A DNA stretch of 63,913 nt, filler included, from Candidatus Fermentibacterota bacterium (lineage in GTDB: Bacteria; JAFGKV01), in the NCBI GenBank assembly GCA_016928395.1. It is 7 parts of 7 records of this genome, joined end to end, with 100 filler letters (N's around TTAATTAATTAA, not from the genome) between each part and the next. Parts side by side here need not be neighbours in the genome. Positions count along the whole stretch, not along the records: positions 30,666 to 36,437 come from JAFGKV010000169.1; positions 36,538 to 47,173 come from JAFGKV010000170.1; 5 more parts are not named here. One strand, given 5' to 3'. The notes beneath the pieces are model-generated. The model did not search any database. It was given only the letters and a program-made list of their open reading frames with translations, and had not been told where the DNA came from. Both the position numbers and the translations under genes were made by a program. How positions within the stretch are numbered: position 1 is the first letter of the stretch; each line of letters opens with the position of its first letter. Shown piece by piece: positions 30,981 to 39,945 of the stretch.

Positions 30981-31691
30981 TCAGAACCCCAACATCCCTG
31001 GCATGCCTGACAGCAGGCTGCCTCCGCCAACCACCAGCACCCCGATGGCGATCAACGGCAGAATGACAAAGATCCAGAGCAGGAACACCAGGCATCCATG
31101 CCCACTCGGGTTCGTGCCAACAAGGCGCCCTGTCTTGTTCGCATCGCTCAGGAACACGAGGTTCATGATGAGACCGGGGAACCAGAAGCAGAGGTACAGG
31201 AAGAACGTAGCCCATGCCTTTCCGACGTAGCTTTCCTGTGCCTTCAGCGCTCGAACGACGTCATAGCCCGGGGACACCTGGGCATGCGATCCGGCCCGCT
31301 CCAGCTCCCGCTCCTGCCGGCTGATCCGCTGAGCTGGGGGCTCCTCGTAGTGCCTGGGCGCCGGAGTAGGCCGGTATTCCGGGACCGGCGCAGGCTCCGG
31401 TTCGGTTCGATAGCGCGGCTCGACAACCGGCGGAGTCGTCCGTGCGAACATCACGTGCCGCCGCAGCCCTCCGAGGTCAAATGGAATATCTCCGAACGAT
31501 ACGCTATCCGTGAATCGTAGCTGTACCTTTCCCTGAATCCGCCGCCCGTTCACCATCGTGCCGTTGGTGCTCCCCAAATCCTCCAGCCACAGCGACTCGC
31601 CCTCGACCGTGAACTTCGCGTGGCGCCTCGACACATGCCCGTGCGCCAACACGATGTCATTGTCATCCGTCCGCCCGACGATCAGTTCCAT
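30981..31691 (-). CDS. FHA-domain membrane protein
   Basis: GR....DI......VSRRHA and DLGSTNGT.VNG motifs; Pro-rich linker; C-terminal TM helices. Confidence 0.88.
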   Translation of the reverse strand: MELIVGRTDDNDIVLAHGHVSRRHAKFTVEGESLWLEDLGSTNGTMVNGRRIQGKVQLRFTDSVSFGDIPFDLGGLRRHVMFARTTPPVVEPRYRTEPEPAPVPEYRPTPAPRHYEEPPAQRISRQERELERAGSHAQVSPGYDVVRALKAQESYVGKAWATFFLYLCFWFPGLIMNLVFLSDANKTGRLVGTNPSGHGCLVFLLWIFVILPLIAIGVLVVGGGSLLSGMPGMLGF

Positions 31692-31721
31692 CTCACCACC
31701 TCACGCTCTCGGCCTCTTCCC

Positions 31722-31895
31722 CGTTCGACGTTCGAAGTTGAATGTTCCCTTGCTCTTCCCCCTTTCGCAAAGGGGGACGGAGGGGGATTTGCTTGTTCGA
31801 TGTTCAATGTTCGATGTTCAACGTTCGATGTTCAACGTTCGATGTTCAATGTTCTCGCTTCCTCCCTTTGCCAAAGGAGGCCAGGTGGGATTCCT
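31722..31895. repeat. Composite repeat: (GTTCRAY)n heptamers plus CCCCCTTT-N-AAAGGGGG hairpin units
   Basis: gttcgat gttcaat gttcgat gttcaac ... ctcgcttcctccctttgccaaaggagg. Confidence 0.8.
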
Positions 31896-31907
31896 CCTTC
31901 CCCGCAC

Positions 31908-32948
31908 CTAGCGGCTCTTCGGTCGGAACTCCTTCAACCGGGTCGACTCGACCATCCTCCCAAGCGTGGCCGGAGTGAACACCTTCCCACGCGTCGCAAG
32001 AAGCAGCTTCTTCATGTCTTCGCGGCGAACTCTGAAGCCTCTTCCCGCGATGCACGCGATGACCTCGAACCGGTAGCGCCCGTTCGCCGCGCCTTCAGCG
32101 CTAAGTTGTGCCAAGTGTTGCACCCGTGTCACCTTGTCGCGGGCAGTGCCGTCATCTTCGGTCAGCTTGGCCTCGATCACGACGCGGGGGCTGTACTCAT
32201 CAGGAACCATGAAGTCGGGGGCCTGATCGAACCCGGGAACCTTGGCTGCCCGCTTTGTCTTCCGGAACGACACACTCGCGGTGGCCAGCGCCTCCTCGAT
32301 CGCCGCCTCCAACACGTTCCCCACCAGTTCGCTCACGGAGTCGCGGTGTCCTGCGAACGGCCGCCCGAGGAAACGCTCGTAGAGGAGCATGGCGTAGGGC
32401 ACGCCGAGTTGGCCAAGGGTTCGCACTCCAGCTGCACCGCCCTTAGTATCTGCCTTGTCCAATCGATGGAGCTGCGTCGGATCCACCTCCGGGGCGCCCT
32501 CGGCGATCAAGGTGCACGCCACCTCAAGCAAAGCCCGGAGTCTCCGCCCGCTGAGGGTATTCCCCTCGGCCCGCAACGGCTTCCTTGGATCAAGACGAAC
32601 CCGCCTGTCTAGGGTTCTGGCAAAGCCCTGCGTGACCTGCACCCCGGTTCGCTCCTCGGCCGCATAGGCCCATTCGGAGGGTGTGAACCCCAGAATGCTC
32701 CGGAGCACGATGAACGCAACCGGTGAGGCTGCGACAGCCGCGGCACACGCCTCCGCCGTCAGCTTCGTGAACCCGCCGGTTTCTGCCTTCAGCACCTCGT
32801 ACGCGTCCTGAAAGATCGGGTAGTCGATGAACCCCGGCCCTCGCGGCATGACCAGGAAATCGGAGGTCAGGTCCGCGAAGATCCTGTCAACATGCGCGTC
32901 GATGTCAGCCTGGAGTTCGTCAAGGCTCGCTTCAAAAGGATAGCTCAT
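31908..32948 (-). CDS. Putative PD-(D/E)xK restriction endonuclease
   Basis: APDF...VIEAK catalytic motif; start overlaps the MTase stop by 17 nt. Confidence 0.65.
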   Translation of the reverse strand: MSYPFEASLDELQADIDAHVDRIFADLTSDFLVMPRGPGFIDYPIFQDAYEVLKAETGGFTKLTAEACAAAVAASPVAFIVLRSILGFTPSEWAYAAEERTGVQVTQGFARTLDRRVRLDPRKPLRAEGNTLSGRRLRALLEVACTLIAEGAPEVDPTQLHRLDKADTKGGAAGVRTLGQLGVPYAMLLYERFLGRPFAGHRDSVSELVGNVLEAAIEEALATASVSFRKTKRAAKVPGFDQAPDFMVPDEYSPRVVIEAKLTEDDGTARDKVTRVQHLAQLSAEGAANGRYRFEVIACIAGRGFRVRREDMKKLLLATRGKVFTPATLGRMVESTRLKEFRPKSR

Positions 32949-35118
32949 CAGTATCTCCGTATCCGGTAGGCGCCTCGCGAGCTGCCATGCGCTGCAAAGT
33001 GGGCGCCTTGTCCAGCGCTCCGCCCAGACACTCCAGAACAGCCTCCACCGGCGTGTGGGCCGCTATGTCTACACCGACTCGATCAAGCCGCGCCTGCGCG
33101 GGGAGATCCCTTTTCCAAGCCCCCCGGAGCCTCCACACCGCCAGGCGGATGAGGTGCCCGTACGTGACGCACTTGATGTCGCCCTGGGTCGGCTTCACCC
33201 CCCCATCCCGCAGGGCCTCGATGTCCTCGGCAACAAGACCGGCAACCTTCTTTGGCTCTTCCACGATGAGTCGACGACTCACCGTGCCATGCGTGCGGCA
33301 GACGAACACCGTATCAATGATCGATGAACCGGTGCCGCTGATGTGAATCGAGCCCCCCATCTCAGCCGGGCACGGCAGCGAGGCTGAGCAGACCAAGCCC
33401 GCGTCCATGAGCGCGACAGCGACGGGGAAGTATGCCTCCAGGCTGTTGTGGTGATAGGTGAACATGAAGGGTGCTCGCGGCTTGAGTGCGCCACACATCG
33501 TCCGGAAGACGGCCGACAACCCGTCGGTGAAATGGCACAGATCCCGACCCATGGCCTCGTTGCCGGTCAGCTCCGCGACGTTGCGGGTACTGGAGACGGC
33601 AAAGACCGATTCCTCCGAACCCATGAGCTTCCGCAGCCAGACATAGCAGAAGTCCATCAGCTCCGCGTACTGAACATTGGCGAAATACGGAGGATCCGTG
33701 ATCACGGCGTCTAAGGACTGCGCAGGCAGCTCGAGGTCCGCGGCATTCGCGCAGTGGAGCGAGATCTCCCGCCCGTCGCCTTCGCCGATCCACTCGCCGC
33801 GGACTGGGATCACCGTCTTCTGCCTGCCGTCTTCCACGATCTCGAATGGTTCTCTGCAGTATGCCTTGGCCGTGGCATACTTCTCAGTGATGTTGGCCAA
33901 CCCGCCGCTGCCCACGAGGGTCCCGTTCCGTCCTCGGATGCCCAGGATATTGGATTCACACTGGACAAGCCCCACGGGGAAGCCGTGCACGGAGAAGATA
34001 TCCAAGGACTTCAACGCCATCGTGTCATAGCGGCACAGCATGTTCTGATAGCGCAACAAGTCGGAGAGATTCGTTGCCAGAGCCCGGCGCACGAGATCGT
34101 CCGGCTCATTGACGATGAGACGGGCAAGTGAGTTCAGTCCCAAGAGCTGTCGAGGGTTGAACATCTCGCGGTAGCGACGGTATCCCCACCGATGCAGCCG
34201 ATCCGTCTCATCCCCCGCCGGGATCTCGTCGTCCGGCTCGAAGGTCCGATCGGTAGTCTCCAGCACTCGCTCGGCTTCCGCGTATCTGGCGAGATCGTCG
34301 TCGTCAGGGCTCTTGAAGAACCGACCCTGATGCTCCGGCCGGCACGCAGCACAGTGATACTCCATGGCGAACATGCGGTGGCGAGGTGGCCCATGGGCCG
34401 AGTCTGGGTACGAACGAATCGCCCCGCAATGGGGACAGGGGCACCGGTTTCGGGCCGCCGGACCGGGCCTTTGCAGCGCTTCGCCGCAGTGCGGGCATGC
34501 TCCGGGGCGCTGGCGGTCCCTGTGCTCGCTCAATCCTCCGCACTCCGGGCACAGGAACACGTTGAGCGGATGGCGAACGTCCTGGGCCACCAAGTAGCCA
34601 GGCATGAGGTCGAAATCCCGACGGCACGAACCGCACGTCGCAACCTTGACCCAAAGGAAGTACTTCGTCACCGCGTCATCGCGCCCGCAGCGCAGGCACC
34701 GTGTCCGATAGAGGCGCCCAAGGTCTCCTGACAGGCTCTCCTCGACTCGTCGCGCAGCCTGGCGATACCCGGCGACATCGAGATTGTCCAACTCCCGGTG
34801 GACGATCCAGTACGCCATGGGGTTGATGTCGCACCCCACGACACTGCACCCCAGACGGTTGGCCTCAATGAGGGGCGTTCCTCCACCCATGAATGGATCC
34901 GCAACCGTGATGCCGCGGAGATCATTGGAGCGGAAGTAGGCGTCGGTCAGATGGCGGTCCGCAAACTCAGCCAGCAGCAGCGACCGGAACAGGGTGCCCG
35001 GCCGGCGGGCAAACCATTTGTGCACGGCGATGATGGGCCGGTAGTTCTGCTGCACCTGCTTCTCCCGCAGGGCCAGCCGGGCCACAAACCCGATATCGAG
35101 GTTTCGTTCAACGCTCAT
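32932..35118 (-). CDS. Amino-DNA methyltransferase with Zn-ribbon insertion (DUF1156-like)
   Basis: HKWFARR, motif I DPFMGGG, several CxxC pairs, motif IV TDPPY and FTYHH. Confidence 0.88.
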   Translation of the reverse strand: MSVERNLDIGFVARLALREKQVQQNYRPIIAVHKWFARRPGTLFRSLLLAEFADRHLTDAYFRSNDLRGITVADPFMGGGTPLIEANRLGCSVVGCDINPMAYWIVHRELDNLDVAGYRQAARRVEESLSGDLGRLYRTRCLRCGRDDAVTKYFLWVKVATCGSCRRDFDLMPGYLVAQDVRHPLNVFLCPECGGLSEHRDRQRPGACPHCGEALQRPGPAARNRCPCPHCGAIRSYPDSAHGPPRHRMFAMEYHCAACRPEHQGRFFKSPDDDDLARYAEAERVLETTDRTFEPDDEIPAGDETDRLHRWGYRRYREMFNPRQLLGLNSLARLIVNEPDDLVRRALATNLSDLLRYQNMLCRYDTMALKSLDIFSVHGFPVGLVQCESNILGIRGRNGTLVGSGGLANITEKYATAKAYCREPFEIVEDGRQKTVIPVRGEWIGEGDGREISLHCANAADLELPAQSLDAVITDPPYFANVQYAELMDFCYVWLRKLMGSEESVFAVSSTRNVAELTGNEAMGRDLCHFTDGLSAVFRTMCGALKPRAPFMFTYHHNSLEAYFPVAVALMDAGLVCSASLPCPAEMGGSIHISGTGSSIIDTVFVCRTHGTVSRRLIVEEPKKVAGLVAEDIEALRDGGVKPTQGDIKCVTYGHLIRLAVWRLRGAWKRDLPAQARLDRVGVDIAAHTPVEAVLECLGGALDKAPTLQRMAAREAPTGYGDTDELSF

Positions 35119-35429
35119 GCCGCGCTACCTGAGTAAATGGAAGGACTGCCGTCGTGCCGAACTCGCAGGGCCGACCATCGCCGCCCACCAATGGAGGCAG
35201 CAACTTCCGAGTCTGGAGCTCAGGGTACTTGGGATGACCACGTATGTCAATGACTTGCCTGCGCGTGCCATTCCCGCGACTCCCCCGCCTCAGATGCCTG
35301 CCCGGGGGGACGTTGATCTCACTTCCGCGAGACTACCAGCCCCGCCGGGCCATCCACGTTTGGTCCCGGCTCCGCGGGGCACGGGACAGGCGGATGGGAT
35401 AGGTGCGCCGCGCGGCCAACCCCGCGGCG

Positions 35430-35580
35430 CGCTCCCCCGCGCCTTCGGCGCTTGAGCCTACTAGAGCGGGGGAGACGATCCTGTTCGACCGGGAGAACCC
35501 GGTGCCGGTACCGGAGGCTGAACGGGCATTGGACTCTCGTGACCTCCGTGAAGGGTACGACTCTGCTGGATGCCCGTGTT
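35430..35580 (-). ncRNA. Predicted structured DGR-RNA segment 3' of the template repeat
   Basis: ACGGGCAT/ATGCCCGT stem (35522-29/35570-77) enclosing a second stem with a TTCACGG loop region; CTCCCCCGC/GCGGGGGAG stem (35432-40/35466-74). Confidence 0.5.
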
Positions 35581-35581
35581 C

Positions 35582-35704
35582 TCGGACGGGACGGAACCCG
35601 TTGTTGTTGTTGCTGTTGCCGGGCGAGTTGTTGTTCCGATTGGCCGAGCGGCAGTTCTGGGCGTTGTTGTTCCAGTTGCCGCCGCGGAGCACCCGGTTGG
35701 AACC
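35582..35704 (-). repeat. DGR template repeat (TR) for a CLec/FGE-sulfatase-type variable region
   Basis: Conceptual translation GSNRVLRGGNWNNNAQNCRSANRNNNSPGNSNNNNGFRPVR; 15 Asn codons (14 AAC, 1 AAT); about 250 nt from a DGR-type RT. Confidence 0.9.
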
Positions 35705-35809
35705 GTCCGCATCACCATCGCCTCCGAACCTTGTTCAGTCATCATCAAGGCGAATAAACGTCACGCCTCGCATTACCTCCTCCGTTGGAGCCCCGCATCC
35801 AGCGGTGCG

Positions 35810-35916
35810 GAGGCAACCGGTGTCAACCGCGAATGCGCGCCCTCTTCGCGCCTGAAGGCCCTCCTACATCGCCCGCGCAACACATTCCCCAGGGTAGGAG
35901 CGGCTTCAGCCGCGAA
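35810..35916. repeat. GTAG-family REP cluster between RT and TR
   Basis: GTAGGAGCGGCTTCAGCCGCGAA at 35894 and an inverted relative TTCGCGCCTGAAGGCCCTCCTAC at 35845; similar copies at 30816 and about 55721. Confidence 0.7.
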
Positions 35917-35950
35917 TGCAGTTCCTGCTGCCTCCTCCGTCCGGGTTCTT

Positions 35951-36375
35951 TCACACCGTCACCGCCCGTTGATCGAAGAACCGGAGATGGCCGACCAGGC
36001 TGGCAATGCTACGCGAGAGCGCCTCTTCTCCTATCTCGCCCCGTTCCCACTCTCCTATCCTGGCCCGAAGCCTGCGGAGGCTCCGCCTTCGGTTCTCACC
36101 TCGAACCCGAAGCAGATTCTGGAACACCCGCACCCCCAGGAAGCTGAGCCCGTGTCCGCGACGGTTGATCCACACGCCGTCAGGCTTCAGCCGAAGGTGC
36201 AACGAACCGTCCAGCATGCTGTCGATGGCGGCCCTCCACCTCGCCAGCTCCTCACGCCGATCGCTGAACACGACAAAATCGTCCATGTACCTGACATACG
36301 GGCCCACGCGAAGCCGCTCTTTGACGAAGTGATCAAGGGGACTCAGATACACGTTGGCGAGAAACTGGCTCGTAA
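35951..36375 (-). pseudogene. DGR reverse transcriptase, C-terminal part, interrupted upstream
   Basis: TSQFLANVYLSPLDHFVK, YVRYMDDFVVF, LRLK and FLGVRV; SQ at motif 4 is the DGR signature; the expected G.PIGN is replaced by unrelated sequence containing an in-frame TGA. Confidence 0.88.
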
Positions 36376-36437
36376 CCCAAGTTCACCAGTTGGAAATGTG
36401 AACATCCTTATGCCACAAGGGGTTAGACCTTTCGAAA
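36376..36437. mobile_element. Probable insertion-sequence end (IS1634-like) inserted into the RT gene
   Basis: Abrupt switch to lower-GC CCCAAGTTCACCAGTTGG... exactly where RT similarity stops, followed by a contig break; family assigned from recalled resemblance only. Confidence 0.5.
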
Positions 36438-36537
36438 NNNNNNNNNNNNNNNNNNNNNNNNNNNNNNNNNNNNNNNNNNNNTTAATTAATTAANNNNNNN
36501 NNNNNNNNNNNNNNNNNNNNNNNNNNNNNNNNNNNNN

Positions 36538-36679
36538 GAATCCAGAATCCAGAATCCAGTAGTCAGAATCCAGTAGATAGTCGGGCTCAGGGTGCAAACC
36601 GTCACCCATCTCCTCACTCCTCACTCCTATCTCCTCACTCGACAGAGCCCTTCGAGCCTTTGTGGTGAAATGCCTTCTT
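36538..36679 (+). repeat. Composite ~140-160 nt element, copy A
   Basis: (GAATCCA)n + GTAGATAGTCGGGCTCAGGGTGCAAACCGTCACCCA + (TCCTCAC)n + GACAGAGCCCTT.GAGCCTTTGTGGTGAAATGCCTTC; near-identical to 47001-47161. Confidence 0.9.
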
Positions 36680-37114
36680 CCTTGATCTCCGCGCCCTTTG
36701 CGTCGCAGACCCTGAGCGAAGTCGAGGGGGTGAGTCTCATTCCGTGCGAGAGCGCGCGTACGACACGCTTGACGCCCGCGCAGCTATGGGTCACCTTGCG
36801 CATGAGAGATCCCACGGCGTACTATGCAGCGAGGGTGCGAGAATGGCGACCCGAGCGATCCTGACTATCCTTGTGGCGGTGCTGCTGGCCTATTGTGCCC
36901 CTGCGGAATCGCGCTGGCAGAAGATCGTGTGGGATGGGTGCACGGTCTGGTCGGTGGCGTCACCATTGGGGCTCGGCCCATCCCTTCATCTCGTTCTCAT
37001 CTCGCCGTATCCGCACTCATTCGCCGACACTACCGCGGCACCCGCAGATCTACCCAGGGGGCATCCCGCCCTTGGCCGGGGAAGAGCCGCCGTGCATGAG
37101 AGGAGGATCCACTG

Positions 37115-38740
37115 ATGAAGATATCGTCGTTCTATTCCTGCCTTGGCGCTGCGACGATGCTTGTGGTGGGCGGCTTTGGGCTGTCCGCGGATCCCGACAT
37201 GACGCCGCTGTACCAACTGAGCGGCCCAGGGATGAGCCAGTTCGGCAGATCCTTGGCGGAGGTGGGAGATGTGGACGGAGACGGGACGGGCGACGTGGTG
37301 GTGGGCCTCCGGTACGGATCCCCCGGCGTGGTCTTGTACAGCGGGGCAAGCGGGAGGGCGTTGGGAACCTTCCTGTTTCCGGTTCAGCCGTGGGGATTCG
37401 GGTGGACGGTGGGGAGGGCGGGGGATGTCGATGGGGATGGCGTGGGGGAAGTGATCATCGGGTCGATCAGCGAGGCTGCGGACAGCACGAACACGTCGTT
37501 GAGCACAGGCAGGGTGTATCTGTTCAACCCGGTGACACGGGAAGTGGTGTTGACTCTCGTGCCGCCGGATCAGCAGCAGCGAGTGCGGTTCGGGTGGGCG
37601 GTGAGCGACGCGGGAGACATGAATGGTGACGGAGTGGCTGATGTGGTGGTGAGCACGCCGTATGTGGATCTGGAGGGGGTGCTGGAGGTGGGGAAGGCCT
37701 ACGTGATGTCAGGGGCAGATGGGGGCATGATCCGGGAGTTCGTGTCGCCTTCGCCTGAGTATTACGGGCTGTTCGGGAGTGCGGTGTGCGGGGGCGTGGA
37801 TCTCAATGGAGACGGGAGAGGTGAGGTGGTGGTGGGCGCGCCGGCGGAGGAGAGTTCCATGGGAATCAAGGACGCGGGCGTGGTGCACATCTTCGATGGG
37901 GCGACTGGGGAGAGGGAGAGGGTGCTTGAGTCACCGAATGCGGAGCCCAGCGGGCGGTTCGGTTCGGTGGTGGCGGCTGTTGATGACGTGGACGGCGACG
38001 GAGTGTGCGACCTGGTGGTGGGGGCGCCGTGGGAGGATCCCGGGCAGTCGCCGCCGTGCGCGGGGCGTGCGTATGTGTTCAGCGGGGCGAGTGGGGCGCT
38101 CATTCATGCATTGTGGTCTCCGAACGAGCAGGAGAACGGGCGGTTTGGCTCATCGGTGAGCAGGACGGACGACATCGATGGGGATGGGATAGGGGACGTG
38201 GTGGTGGGTGCGCCGTGGGAGCAGGGAGAGGGGGAGCCCTGCGAGGCGGGGCGTGCGTACGTGTTCAGCGGGGCGACGGGGGCGCTGGTGTGCGCGTTGG
38301 CGCCGCCGAACCCCACGCGGGTGGGGCACTTTGGGGAGGCGGTGGTGGGGCTGAGGAGGGAGGGGGGAGGAACCCCGATCGTGCTGGTGGGGGCGCCAGG
38401 GGAATGGCCTCCCAGGGTGTACGCATTCTTTGGGGCGGTAGGTGCCGGGCCGAGCCCTCTTGGGGGTGAGTTGGCGATGTGGGTGCGGGGGAATCCTTCG
38501 AAGCGAGGGCGAGTGGAGGTGGAGGTGTTCCTGCCCGAGAGGGATGAGGTGGAAGTGCGGGTGTACAATGCCCTGGGAAGGCGAGTGGGGACTGTGTGGC
38601 GGGGGTTCATGGCTGAGGGGTGGCACAGCATGGTATGGGAGAGGGGGGCAGCGGGAGGGCGGCAGGTTGCGGGGCCCTACGTGGTGGTGGCGCGAGGGCG
38701 GCGGGTGGGGCGTGCTGCCGCTCTGGCGATCGTGGACTAG
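37115..38740 (+). CDS. FG-GAP (integrin-alpha-like) beta-propeller protein with secretion tail
   Basis: Repeated FG..V...GD.DGDG..D.VVGAP..GRAYVFSG; tail NP...VYNALGRRV..W..GPYVV. Confidence 0.92.
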   Translation: MKISSFYSCLGAATMLVVGGFGLSADPDMTPLYQLSGPGMSQFGRSLAEVGDVDGDGTGDVVVGLRYGSPGVVLYSGASGRALGTFLFPVQPWGFGWTVGRAGDVDGDGVGEVIIGSISEAADSTNTSLSTGRVYLFNPVTREVVLTLVPPDQQQRVRFGWAVSDAGDMNGDGVADVVVSTPYVDLEGVLEVGKAYVMSGADGGMIREFVSPSPEYYGLFGSAVCGGVDLNGDGRGEVVVGAPAEESSMGIKDAGVVHIFDGATGERERVLESPNAEPSGRFGSVVAAVDDVDGDGVCDLVVGAPWEDPGQSPPCAGRAYVFSGASGALIHALWSPNEQENGRFGSSVSRTDDIDGDGIGDVVVGAPWEQGEGEPCEAGRAYVFSGATGALVCALAPPNPTRVGHFGEAVVGLRREGGGTPIVLVGAPGEWPPRVYAFFGAVGAGPSPLGGELAMWVRGNPSKRGRVEVEVFLPERDEVEVRVYNALGRRVGTVWRGFMAEGWHSMVWERGAAGGRQVAGPYVVVARGRRVGRAAALAIVD

Positions 38741-38751
38741 GAGAGGCAACC

Positions 38752-39855
38752 ATGAGGAATCTGCACAGTACTGCTGCTGGGCCGGCGGCGCCCAGTTCGG
38801 CGGGCATTCGCATTCTGGCGTATCTCGTCGTCCTGGCTTCCTCCCTCGTCTTCTCGCAGGATTCGGCTTGGGCCCAGGGCGCGCTTCCGGAGTTGCTATG
38901 GGTCAGAGTCGAGGATCGGGCCACGTCTGTGTGGCTGGCGACTGACAGCCAGGGGAACGTCATCACGATGGCCAGGGAGAGGGACCACGGGCACACGGCC
39001 CTCATCAAGCATGATCGGGATGGTAATCGGTTGTGGCGGAAGGAAATCGAGTCGTACAACACACTGGGGATGACCGTCGCCCCAGAGGATGCCATTGTGG
39101 GGCTGATTGACAGTGTAGTGGTGAAGCTGACGTCTGAGGGGGAGATCCAATGGATCACCAGCTTGGGACGCGAGATCTACCCCGCGCGGATCTGCTGTGA
39201 CCGTTTCGGGAACATCTTCGTGGTGGGCAGGTGGTGGAGCATTGCGACGGTGAAGCTGAGCCCCGCAGGTGAGATCCTATGGCGGCGGGATGATTGGGCG
39301 CTTGGGGGAACCGCGTGTGGGGCGGACGGGCAGGGGAACGTGATCGTGGGAGGGTTTGACCTTGTGGGAGGCTGGTATGACTCGTGGATCGTCAAGTACG
39401 ACCCGGAGGGGGAGGAGCTCTGGGTGCGGACCTATGGAGGGCCGTATGATGACGAGCCGAGTGACATCTGCGTTGATGGGGATGACAACATCTACGTTTC
39501 GGGAGGGTGGCTGGTGAAGTATGACCCGGAGGGGAATGTCATCTGGGAGAACCCGACGTCTGACTTCGGCTTCGGGTGTCTGAGCTACGACGGGGAGGGC
39601 AACATCTACGCCAGCGGGTGGATGAGGGTAGGAGACGGATGGTATCCGGGCTGGGGGTGTTTCGATTTGGAGGGTCGGTCGATCTGGGCTATGGGAGGCC
39701 TCAACGGATGCGACGGTGGCTCCCACTTTCCCTCGTGTTCAGGAGCAGACCGCGTTGCGGTGCTCCAGACACTTCGTGACGTCGATCAGGCTATCACGAC
39801 CCTCTACATGCTCCCCTCCGCCCGGGCTGAGCGACATGGGGACACAAGGAGGTGA
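38752..39855 (+). CDS. Secreted beta-propeller (SBBP-like) repeat protein
   Basis: Repeated D..GNI.V.G..VKY.P.G...W blades; signal-like N-terminus. Confidence 0.8.
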   Translation: MRNLHSTAAGPAAPSSAGIRILAYLVVLASSLVFSQDSAWAQGALPELLWVRVEDRATSVWLATDSQGNVITMARERDHGHTALIKHDRDGNRLWRKEIESYNTLGMTVAPEDAIVGLIDSVVVKLTSEGEIQWITSLGREIYPARICCDRFGNIFVVGRWWSIATVKLSPAGEILWRRDDWALGGTACGADGQGNVIVGGFDLVGGWYDSWIVKYDPEGEELWVRTYGGPYDDEPSDICVDGDDNIYVSGGWLVKYDPEGNVIWENPTSDFGFGCLSYDGEGNIYASGWMRVGDGWYPGWGCFDLEGRSIWAMGGLNGCDGGSHFPSCSGADRVAVLQTLRDVDQAITTLYMLPSARAERHGDTRR

Positions 39856-39945
39856 GCGATCCGCCCGCGGGTGCGACGAGACCATGAAAGCAGAGAGTTT
39901 GTCGTGTGGCCGATCCGGTGCGCTCGTATCGGAAGGAGGCGTGAG

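Noticed and set aside
35333-35748. ORFs 35333-35692 (Asn-rich) and 35461-35748 (Thr-rich) as proteins
   Set aside because: They are readings of the AAC-rich DGR template; there is no full CLec domain upstream and no convincing RBS.
35951-36375. Group II intron or retron RT
   Set aside because: SQ at motif 4 plus the adjacent template favour a DGR; no intron domain V/VI or msr-msd structure was recognised.
36843-37115. Short ORF with a signal-peptide-like start (MATRAILTILVAVLLAYC)
   Set aside because: The remainder has no recognisable domain; it may be a gene remnant but is too weak to call.
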